A DNA stretch of 20,014 nucleotides from Candidatus Wukongarchaeum yapensis (GTDB lineage Archaea > Asgardarchaeota > Wukongarchaeia > Wukongarchaeales > Wukongarchaeaceae), in assembly GCA_016840425.1 (NCBI GenBank), contig JAEOSI010000018.1, positions 1 to 20,014 of the forward strand, written 5' to 3'. Every line of letters starts with the position of its first letter. The first letter of the stretch is position 1. Below, piece by piece: positions 1 through 7,544 of this stretch. The notes beneath the pieces were generated by a model. That model saw nothing but the letters and a program-made list of their open reading frames with translations. It ran no database searches and was not told the DNA's origin. Position numbers and translations under genes: made by a program.

Positions 1-618
1 GATTTGTATGTGATTAAAAATAGTGTATGCGTCTTTCATAAGAAGATTGGCGGTAAATATTGTGTGGATGCTGATCTTGTTTCTGGTTTTTTGTCAGCTG
101 TTGAGACGTTTTCTAAGGAGTTACGGGATCGTATTAGGGTTATTGAGATGGAACGGTTTAAGTTTGTTTATGAGGTTTCTGATTTGAATGGGTTTATTTT
201 TGTTGTTCAAAGTGATACTGAGGATGATTTGGAGGGGATTTATAAGCGTTTAAAATCGTTTAAGAGGTATTTTGAGGAGGAGTTTGATGGGGAGTGGGAT
301 CGTTGGAATGGTAGACTTCCCCCGAGGGCAAGGGCTGAAGATTTGACACAGAAATGGCTTGGAGGAGAAACTTTTAGGGGTAAAAAGGAGGATTTTTTGC
401 AGACTTTTGTGCCAGTTGCACGTTTGAGGCGTAGAGAGACCTTGTCTCCTGAGGAGGTTAAGGTGCTTAATTATGCGTTTTGGAGGGGAAGAATGCGTTT
501 GACTGATTTGATTAATGATTTACGTCTCCATGAGAATCTTGCGAGAGGAGTGGCTAATGGTTTGATTGAGAAGGGTTTTTTGAAAAGGGAGGATGTTAGT
601 GAAAGTATTAATACATAA
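1..618 (+). CDS. Longin-domain protein with C-terminal winged helix (Asgard-type eukaryotic signature protein); 5' end probably a few codons outside the window
   Basis: Frame is open from base 1 (DLYVIKNSVCVF). The segment DLVSGFLSAVETFSKEL..IRVIEMERFKFVY...FIFVVQSD.EDD...I.KRL..F..YF.EEF has the longin beta-beta-alpha-beta-beta-beta-alpha pattern. The C-terminal VPV...LSPEEVKVL...MRLTDLINDLRLHENLARGVANGLIEKGFL looks like a wHTH. Confidence 0.7.
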   Translation, partial: DLYVIKNSVCVFHKKIGGKYCVDADLVSGFLSAVETFSKELRDRIRVIEMERFKFVYEVSDLNGFIFVVQSDTEDDLEGIYKRLKSFKRYFEEEFDGEWDRWNGRLPPRARAEDLTQKWLGGETFRGKKEDFLQTFVPVARLRRRETLSPEEVKVLNYAFWRGRMRLTDLINDLRLHENLARGVANGLIEKGFLKREDVSESINT

Positions 619-691
619 TGTTGTTTTATGTAATTTTAATGGTTTTTTTGGTTAGAAGTCTGCCAAGTTTTTTATTGTTGGTTGGTTTTTG
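619..691 (+). terminator. T-rich tract downstream of the longin gene (possible archaeal U-tract terminator)
   Basis: Several T4-T7 runs immediately after the stop codon. This could also reflect local strand skew. Confidence 0.35.
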
Positions 692-1489
692 ATGCAGGAT
701 TCTTCATTGTTTTTAGACATGCTTGAGGAAGTGGCGAATCAGAATAATAGTAGGATAATTTTGGCTTTGGATGATGTGGTTTGTTTTCCTTCGGATAGGG
801 AAGGGTTGAAAAGGGTTAGGGAGGAGGCTGTTTCAAGGGCTTTTAAGCTCATTGAACTTCTTTCTGATTTGATAGCGGGAGTGAAGATTAATAGGCAGCT
901 TGTTTTGCCTTTGGGTCTTTATGATTATGTTTTTGAGATAGTGGATTTTGCCCATGGTTATGGGTTGCCGTGTATTGCTGATTGCAAGGTAGGAGATGTG
1001 GGACATACTAATCGATGGATTGCTACGCACTATTTTAATGCTGGTTTTGATGCTATTATAGCTAATCCTTTTGTGGGGTGGCGTGGAGGGTTGGATTCTG
1101 TTTTTGATGAGGCTAGAAAAAGGGAAAAGGGCGTTATATTGCTTGTTTATATGAGCCATGCTGGGGCCTTGGAGGGGTTTGAGAAGGTTGTTTTAGATGA
1201 AGAGGGGAGCGGTCAGCCTTTCTATTTAGTTTTTGCTAGAAAAGCGGTTGAATGGAAAGCTAGCGGTATTGTTGTTGGCGCCACGTTTCCGGGAAAGATT
1301 ATAGAGGTAAAGGAGATAGTAAAAGAAGAATCTATCCCGATATTTTCTCCAGGGGTAGGAGCTCAAGGAGGTAGTGCGAGGGAGGCAGTTGAGGCGGGAG
1401 CGGATTATCTTATTGTTGGGAGGACGATAATTTCTTCCTCTGACCCGCGGGAAACCGTTAAAAAACTCTTAAAAGATTGTTCATTATAA
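692..1489 (+). CDS. pyrF: Orotidine 5'-phosphate decarboxylase
   Basis: Motifs RIILALD, active-site IADCKVGDVGHTN (DxKxxDxxxT), VVGATFP, SPGVGAQGG and IVGRTI. ATG at 692; the ORF track starts at the preceding TTG at 689. Confidence 0.96.
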   Translation: MQDSSLFLDMLEEVANQNNSRIILALDDVVCFPSDREGLKRVREEAVSRAFKLIELLSDLIAGVKINRQLVLPLGLYDYVFEIVDFAHGYGLPCIADCKVGDVGHTNRWIATHYFNAGFDAIIANPFVGWRGGLDSVFDEARKREKGVILLVYMSHAGALEGFEKVVLDEEGSGQPFYLVFARKAVEWKASGIVVGATFPGKIIEVKEIVKEESIPIFSPGVGAQGGSAREAVEAGADYLIVGRTIISSSDPRETVKKLLKDCSL

Positions 1490-1536
1490 TGAAAAAGCTA
1501 GATTTACCAATTTTTTGAGAGTTATCGAGGGTTTAG

Positions 1537-2211
1537 ATGTTGGGAAAATTGAGGCGAAAGCAGAGGATAATGTTTAGTTTGTTATTTGTGATTATTTTTG
1601 TTGTGGCGGTTTTTTCTGTTCAAAGTTTTGGGCAAAACGTTCAGGCAAATGGAGGGGAATTGGAGCCGGGAGATGTTGTTGAGGGTTATCTTGATGGTTC
1701 AGACGTTTTAGAGAATTATGATGTTTATTTGGTAGTTTTAGAGGAGGGGAAGAATTATGCTTTTCAGATCCAAGCCTTTGATGATGATGATTTTGATATT
1801 TATCTTTTAACTGAAAATTATTCGAATCTTCCTCCAGATCCTGATATTAGCACGAGGATTAATGAGGAGCTTGAAGAGTATCTTATAGCCTATTCGAATC
1901 AGACTACGGACTCTTCTACTGTGGATAGGATTGTTTGGGAGGCTGATAATAGCGGTGAGTATTATATTTGTCCCATAGCTAAGGAGGGAGAGAAGGGGAA
2001 GTATGAACTAAAGTTTGATATCACGGGAGGAATTTTGCCTATTATACTAATAGGAACGATTTTTGTCGCACCTTTTCTTGCCTTATTATTATATTTAAAT
2101 AGGGGTAAAAAGAAGCCCCCTCAAAAATATTGCATTAAATGTGGAGCGGAACTTTTAGAAGGCGCAAATTTCTGCATTAAATGTGGAAAAAAAATTTGGG
2201 GTTATAGGTAG
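1537..2211 (+). CDS. Membrane-anchored surface protein: N-terminal signal/TM, acidic PPC-like beta-sandwich, TM helix, C-terminal zinc ribbon
   Basis: Hydrophobic IMFSLLFVIIFVVAVFSV. PPC-like pattern DVYLVVLEEGKNYAFQI....DDDFDIYLL...SGEYYI.......GKYEL. Second TM ILPIILIGTIFVAPFLALLLYL, then KKK and CIKCG-x9-CIKCG. Confidence 0.75.
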   Translation: MLGKLRRKQRIMFSLLFVIIFVVAVFSVQSFGQNVQANGGELEPGDVVEGYLDGSDVLENYDVYLVVLEEGKNYAFQIQAFDDDDFDIYLLTENYSNLPPDPDISTRINEELEEYLIAYSNQTTDSSTVDRIVWEADNSGEYYICPIAKEGEKGKYELKFDITGGILPIILIGTIFVAPFLALLLYLNRGKKKPPQKYCIKCGAELLEGANFCIKCGKKIWGYR

Positions 2212-2270
2212 AAATTTTTGGTTTTTTTTGGTTTTTTGTTTGTGATTGTTTGTTTTTTTGTTTTGTGGTG
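2212..2270 (+). terminator. Long T/G-rich tract between convergent genes (probable U-tract terminator of the + strand gene)
   Basis: 59 nt with repeated T runs and no C, starting directly after the stop at 2211. Confidence 0.5.
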
Positions 2271-2798
2271 TTAACGGTCGAAGAATGGGCTCTTGCCTGT
2301 TGCTGCGAGGGGTATGCCTATGATTATGTCGGCTTCTTCTAGTATTTTTAGCTGTTTTGCCGCGGCGCCTACCTTGTAGATTATTCTGTTGTCTACGTTA
2401 TGGATTTGAGCTGTTTTTACGGCAGATCCGAGGGCTATTCCTAGGTCTAAAATTTTGAAGGCGCAGAAAGGCCCTTTAAAGTCGCGAGCGTCTTCAAATA
2501 AGGTTTTTTTAAGTTCTTCGCATGTCATTCCGCAGGCGCCGCAATCAAGGCCGACCGGTTTTCGTCCTCTTACCCCCAAAATTATTAAAGATTGGGCAGC
2601 GTCTATGCTGTTTGCGTCTCTTTCCCAATTTTTTCCTCTTTCTTCGGCTAGTTCACGCATCTTTTTCGCTATTTCTTCTTTTTCTTTTTCACTTGCTATT
2701 TTAAATAAAACATCATCTTTTCCTCTTGTTTTTGGAGCGGTTTTTGCTGAAATTAACATTAAACTGGCTACATCATTAACAGCTTTTTCGAGAGACAT
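2271..2798 (-). CDS. DUF2148-like ferredoxin-domain-containing protein (COG4739-like)
   Basis: Family-typical motifs SAKTAPKTRGKDD, WERDANSI, LDCGACG..C...GPFCAF...DLGIALGSAVKTA..HNVDNRI.Y..G.AA and GKSPFFDR. GGTGA RBS upstream of the ATG. Confidence 0.85.
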   Translation of the reverse strand: MSLEKAVNDVASLMLISAKTAPKTRGKDDVLFKIASEKEKEEIAKKMRELAEERGKNWERDANSIDAAQSLIILGVRGRKPVGLDCGACGMTCEELKKTLFEDARDFKGPFCAFKILDLGIALGSAVKTAQIHNVDNRIIYKVGAAAKQLKILEEADIIIGIPLAATGKSPFFDR

Positions 2799-2902
2799 AT
2801 CTTATTCACCTATCTTAGTCTTAATTAGTTAAGATTGAAAAAGGGATAGGAGTTTAAGTTTTTATTTTTGTCGTTGCTTTTTGATTTAAAGGGGGAGGGA
2901 TA

Positions 2903-5032
2903 TTAAGGAGAATTAGTTGTTTCTGTGGTTTCTTTACTGTTTTCGTTTTCTTTTTTTTGTTTTATCTTTTCGAGGGGTTTTAGGGTTTTTCCTTTGATTT
3001 TTGAGCCGCAAGATGGACATTCGCCTTTGGTACGTAAATATTCGAGCAAGTGGGATTTGTGAGCGGGTTTATTGCATTTTGGGCAGACTTTTGCGTCTTC
3101 ACCGTTTTGTATAGGGTTATTGCACACGCTGCACCAGGGGATTTTTTCTTTGCATGAACTACACTTTTCTTCGACAGCGAGGGTTAATTCACCGCACCAG
3201 TAACATTTAGCTCTGAATCGTGGATCTAGTGGATGGGGGCCCGACTCTATTATCAGTTTGTTGTTTTCTATTTTTCCTTTGAAGATTCCTTCTCCTAAGA
3301 GAAGGGAGTACATGAGTACTACTTCGTCTTTTGGGAGACCTAATTTTTCAGCGATTTGTTTTATTTTGATTTCTTCTTCGTCCTTTAAAAGGTCTGTAAG
3401 TTCTTGAAATTTGCCTCCTAGCTCTTTTGGGGTACGGGCGACTAAAATTTGTGGTGGATTTGGTAGATGGAACTCATTATTTACGATGTCAACGGTTATG
3501 ATACCTTGGCTTATTAATTTGTAAATCTCGCATTGAACGTTTTCCCTTGGGGTTTTAAGTAGATTTGATAGGTTTTTTGGATTTAGTGTAGATTTTCCAA
3601 GCATGTAGCCTAAAATTGTGCGGGTGGTTTCTGGGAGGGAGTAGAATGGTGGTGAAAAGGGGTTAGGCGGTCGGTATTCTAATGTGAATGTTCCGTTGGT
3701 CATTTGGCCTTTTATGAAGTTTTCAGCAAGGAGATCATAGATAATGTTTTCTTCTTCATTTTCTGTTATTATTTTTCTTTCTTCTTCTGGGCTTTTATTA
3801 GTGCATGAGATGAGGAGTTTACGTATAAAGCTTGTTGTCAAGGTTTTATGTGCGATAATCGCCCCTAAAGTTATGAGTTCTTTTTCGTTGAGTTCGCGTG
3901 AGTAAGGGCTGGGAAGTTTTGGGGGTTTTTTCAAAACGAAGATATCATCTTTGTTTATGAAACCGTTAATAATGCCGTAGAGTAAGAGGTCAAATATTAA
4001 TCTTAATAGGTCTATTTCTGCCACGTTGAGCTTTTTCTTCATTTGTTTTATGGGTATTGATTTATAGGCAATTATCATTCCTGTTACTTTTTTATGGGAG
4101 TCACTTAGTTCTTCAATATCCATGGTTTGGCTTATTTCTGAAAGATTTTCCAGGCGGATTTTATCTTCTTCAAAGTATACGTTTATTGTTCCGTCACAAG
4201 CCAGGGAGTATATGTTTTTTCTTAAGGTTAATTCGTCTTGAGATATGAGATGAGATGCTTTTTTGACTTCAATTTCCTTGTATGCTACTAAAAGACCCAC
4301 CACATCTCTAAGTCCGCCTTCTAAAAGATAGGGATCTACGGGTAGCTGATCAAAAGATAGTTTTTCTAGGGAGAAGTCTTGCTTTTCTCTAAATTTTCCT
4401 GTTATGGTGCCTTCAGCAACAAGTCTGAGCAAAGTTGAAATTACGTCTTTTTTATCTCTTCCTAAAAGCTCTGATAATTTACGGATATTCTGGAGTTCAT
4501 GGGTTAATAATAAGCCTATAAGTTCTTTTTCTTCAGGTTCTAACTCGTTTAAATCCCGTGGAGAACTAACAGTTACGAAATCTACCAGAAAGAAGCCATT
4601 TTTAGTACAGATAGCGCATACAGATTTGGAAGCTAAGCGATAAATTACATCTAATATTTCCTCGTTTTTTAGGGAGAGTATTTTCCCTATTTCGCTTACT
4701 TTAATACCATCAGGATGACTCATCAAAAGACCCAATACTTTTATCTCTTTTTCAGAGAGATCGGAAAAATCGGCTCTTAAGGGGCCGATTTTAAAGCTTG
4801 ACACGATGAAATTATTACCCTCATATTTGCCGCTTAAAACGCCATTTTCAGGACCAATAAGCAGTTTGAACAGTTCTGAGACCTGTTCTTTTTTAAGATC
4901 AAGTAATTTGGCCAAGGTTTTTGCTTCTAAAGCTCCATAGATGGTAGCATACCCTATAAACCTCATAATTTGAAGATCGTTAAGCCATGGAACCCTTGAC
5001 TTAATTTGTTCTTGAAGTGTTTCTACTATCAT
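2903..5032 (-). CDS. Protein with eight tandem PCI-like winged-helix repeats and a C-terminal zinc ribbon + RING-like finger
   Basis: Eight ~72-85 aa units of the form L...E...LG....H....I..L...L......V...IY.L...G.I.G.F....F.L, followed by CYWC-x10-CSSC and CSVC-x12-CPKC-x4-H-x2-H-x10-CPSC. ATG at 5032 has GGTGA 7 nt upstream; the ORF track starts at the TTG at 5035. Confidence 0.8.
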   Translation of the reverse strand: MIVETLQEQIKSRVPWLNDLQIMRFIGYATIYGALEAKTLAKLLDLKKEQVSELFKLLIGPENGVLSGKYEGNNFIVSSFKIGPLRADFSDLSEKEIKVLGLLMSHPDGIKVSEIGKILSLKNEEILDVIYRLASKSVCAICTKNGFFLVDFVTVSSPRDLNELEPEEKELIGLLLTHELQNIRKLSELLGRDKKDVISTLLRLVAEGTITGKFREKQDFSLEKLSFDQLPVDPYLLEGGLRDVVGLLVAYKEIEVKKASHLISQDELTLRKNIYSLACDGTINVYFEEDKIRLENLSEISQTMDIEELSDSHKKVTGMIIAYKSIPIKQMKKKLNVAEIDLLRLIFDLLLYGIINGFINKDDIFVLKKPPKLPSPYSRELNEKELITLGAIIAHKTLTTSFIRKLLISCTNKSPEEERKIITENEEENIIYDLLAENFIKGQMTNGTFTLEYRPPNPFSPPFYSLPETTRTILGYMLGKSTLNPKNLSNLLKTPRENVQCEIYKLISQGIITVDIVNNEFHLPNPPQILVARTPKELGGKFQELTDLLKDEEEIKIKQIAEKLGLPKDEVVLMYSLLLGEGIFKGKIENNKLIIESGPHPLDPRFRAKCYWCGELTLAVEEKCSSCKEKIPWCSVCNNPIQNGEDAKVCPKCNKPAHKSHLLEYLRTKGECPSCGSKIKGKTLKPLEKIKQKKENENSKETTETTNSP

Positions 5033-5134
5033 CAAAATATCACCAAAAGGAAAAGCCCTAATATTATTAACGAAGATATTTATAAAAAATCCTTTGATTT
5101 TTTATATTCTGGATAATTATGTGATTTAATAAGG

Positions 5135-5839
5135 GTGTTATTCTTGGAGGATTACGATAAGAACATCAGAAGTTTGACGGTTTTTGAGGGAAAAAACCGT
5201 TTTATTGAAGCAGGTTTTCCTGTGAATAAGTATCGTTTGGCGCGTACAGAAGAAGAAGCGGTAAAATTTGCTAAAGAAATAGGTTTTCCTGTGGTTTTAA
5301 AAATAGTTTCACCTAAAATCTTGCATAAAACAGATGTTGAAGGTATTATTTTGAATTTGAAGGATGATGAAGAAGTTTCTCAAGCTTTTAATAAGCTTAT
5401 GAAAATCATGCGAAAACATGATCCTTCCTGTATGAAGTCTGAAAAAACCGGTATAATGGTTGAAGAGATGGTAGAAGATGGAACAGAAACCATTATTGGA
5501 GGCTTTACAGACAAATCCTATGGAAAGGTTATAATTTTTGGTTTAGGCGGAATATTTGTCGAAATTTTACAAGATGTTTCTTTCAGGTTAGCGCCTATTG
5601 AAGAGTATGATGCTTGGGAAATGGTGAAAGGAATCAAAGGATCAAAAATTCTTTTAGAAGGATACAGAGGAAAAGGACCTTATGATGTTGAAAAACTTAT
5701 CGACGTCATTGTAAAAGTTTCAAAATTTTTCCATAAAAGAGAAGAAATTTTAGAGTTTGATTTAAATCCGATATTTGTTTTACCTAAAGGAAAAGGTGTA
5801 AAAATAGTAGATGTGAGGGTGATCTTAAAAAGCGATTAA
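5135..5839 (+). CDS. acdB: Acetate-CoA ligase (ADP-forming) / NDP-forming acyl-CoA synthetase, beta (ATP-grasp) subunit
   Basis: Motifs IGFPVVLKIVSPKILHKTDVEGI, MVEEM, FGLGGIFVEILQDVSFRLAPI, GYRGK and EFDLNPIFV...G..IVDVR. GTG start. The alpha subunit is not in this window. Confidence 0.92.
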   Translation: MLFLEDYDKNIRSLTVFEGKNRFIEAGFPVNKYRLARTEEEAVKFAKEIGFPVVLKIVSPKILHKTDVEGIILNLKDDEEVSQAFNKLMKIMRKHDPSCMKSEKTGIMVEEMVEDGTETIIGGFTDKSYGKVIIFGLGGIFVEILQDVSFRLAPIEEYDAWEMVKGIKGSKILLEGYRGKGPYDVEKLIDVIVKVSKFFHKREEILEFDLNPIFVLPKGKGVKIVDVRVILKSD

Positions 5840-5870
5840 GGAGGCAGGGAGGATCCTATCTTTCTCAGGT

Positions 5871-6482
5871 TTAGGTCTCTTGGAGGATTATTTTAAGGAA
5901 ATATTCGTGGAATCGGGTGTCATCGGTAAGTTCGGGATGAAAAGCGGTGGCAAGTATGTTTTCTTGGCGGACTGCAACAACAATATCTTCTAACCTTGCT
6001 AAAATTTCAACGTTTTCTCCTATTTCTTCTATGGCAGGAGCGCGTATAAAAACGCCTTTGAAAGGTTTATCGCCTAAAATGGGGACGAGGAGGTCTGTTT
6101 CAAAACTTTCTCTTTGTCTGCCAAAATAGTTACGCGAAACGGTAACATTTAGAAGGCCTAAAGTAGGCTGATTTATCTCCCCGACCACCCGATCGTAGAC
6201 GTTTCTAGCAAAAACAATTAATCCAGCACAGGTTCCAAATAAGGGAACTTTTTTGGAAGAGAGCTGTTTAATGGTAGAAAAAACGTTTAAACGGGAAGAA
6301 ACTTTCCCAAAAACAGTACTTTCTCCACCTGTGATTATAAGACCGTCAAGTCCCTCTATTTCTTCAGGCTTTTTAACGACTAAAACTTCGCCTTTTAAGC
6401 TAAGCTTTTCTAAAGCGTTCTCTGTGATATCGACATGTTCTTCTAAATCGCCTTGTAATCCAAGAACACCTATTGTAACCAC
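5871..6482 (-). CDS. pdxT: Pyridoxal 5'-phosphate synthase glutaminase subunit
   Basis: IGVLGLQGDLEEH, GGEST, FGTCAGLI (catalytic Cys), RNYFGRQRESF, FIRAP and AFHPEL (His-Glu). GGAGG RBS before the GTG. Confidence 0.97.
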   Translation of the reverse strand: MVTIGVLGLQGDLEEHVDITENALEKLSLKGEVLVVKKPEEIEGLDGLIITGGESTVFGKVSSRLNVFSTIKQLSSKKVPLFGTCAGLIVFARNVYDRVVGEINQPTLGLLNVTVSRNYFGRQRESFETDLLVPILGDKPFKGVFIRAPAIEEIGENVEILARLEDIVVAVRQENILATAFHPELTDDTRFHEYFLKIILQET

Positions 6483-6556
6483 CGTTTTGTAACCTCCTTA
6501 AAAAATTAGGTTAGATTTTGTTCGATGAAAGAGTTAAATAGAAGAGGGGTCTTTTT

Positions 6557-7540
6557 CTAGATTTTTGAGCCTCTTTCTTGCATTTTTAATTCGAGGTCGT
6601 GTATGTCTAACCCGGGCATAGCTTTTGTCTCGAGGACCATTTTTTGGGCTTCTGCCACTATTTCAGGGTCTTCCCAATAGGAAACTGCAAGAACCATGGC
6701 ATTAGCACGAATTTCAGGGTCGCTCGATTTGTAAATACCTGACCCCACAAAAACACCGTCACATCCAAGGGACATTAAGAAGGCAGCGTCACTGGGAGTC
6801 GCTATGCCGCCGGCTGCAAAATTAACGACAGGTAATCGCCCTAATTTCGCTGTTTCTTTGGCTATGTCATAGGAGACTTTTAGTTTTCTTGCAGTTTTTA
6901 TTAATTCTTGGTCTTCATCGATTATTGATGTCAGCCAGCGTGTTTGGTTATTTAATTTTTTTATGTGTCTGACTGCTTCTGCTACATTTCCTGTACCGGG
7001 CTCGCCTTTAGTTCTTATCATTGCAGCGCCTTCTTCGGTTCTTCTTAAAGCTTCTCCAAGATCCCTTGCACCGTTGACAAAGGGCGTTGTGAAGTCCCAT
7101 TTCCATATGTGTCGCTCTTCGTCGGCGGGGGTTAAAACTTCGCTTTCATCAATCATGTCAACGCCTAAGACTTCTAGGACCTTGGCTTCGTAGGTGTGGC
7201 CTATCCTGCATTTAGCCATTACGGGGATTGTTACATTGTCAAGTATATCTTCAATAATTGTTGCACTGGCGGTTCTTGCTACTCCTCCTGCCCGCCTGAC
7301 ATCGGCGGGGAGCTTGTCCAGAACCATGATGGCGGTGGCTCCAGCATCTTCTGCGATCTGTGCTTGTTCAACGCTTGTAACGTCCATTATTACGCCGTGT
7401 TTGCACATCTTGGCAAAACCGCGCTTAACGCGGACTGTGCCGCGTGTTAATTGTGACTTTCCTAAAAATGTTTGAACTCTTCCATAGTTTATTATTTTCT
7501 CCATTTTGTTAAACGACTCCAAATAATGATAAACTGTCAT
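6557..7540 (-). CDS. pdxS: Pyridoxal 5'-phosphate synthase lyase subunit
   Basis: [60 protein letters not shown] and [12 protein letters not shown]. It carries the long archaeal-type N-terminus. Confidence 0.97.
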   Translation of the reverse strand: MTVYHYLESFNKMEKIINYGRVQTFLGKSQLTRGTVRVKRGFAKMCKHGVIMDVTSVEQAQIAEDAGATAIMVLDKLPADVRRAGGVARTASATIIEDILDNVTIPVMAKCRIGHTYEAKVLEVLGVDMIDESEVLTPADEERHIWKWDFTTPFVNGARDLGEALRRTEEGAAMIRTKGEPGTGNVAEAVRHIKKLNNQTRWLTSIIDEDQELIKTARKLKVSYDIAKETAKLGRLPVVNFAAGGIATPSDAAFLMSLGCDGVFVGSGIYKSSDPEIRANAMVLAVSYWEDPEIVAEAQKMVLETKAMPGLDIHDLELKMQERGSKI

Positions 7541-7544
7541 TTAT

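Noticed and set aside
5135-5839. Acetate-CoA ligase beta subunit without an adjacent alpha subunit
   Set aside because: Split, unlinked alpha and beta genes are normal in archaea.
6557-7540. Long N-terminal extension of PdxS
   Set aside because: Extended N-termini before the GTxRVKRGF motif are common in archaeal PdxS, so this is not unusual.
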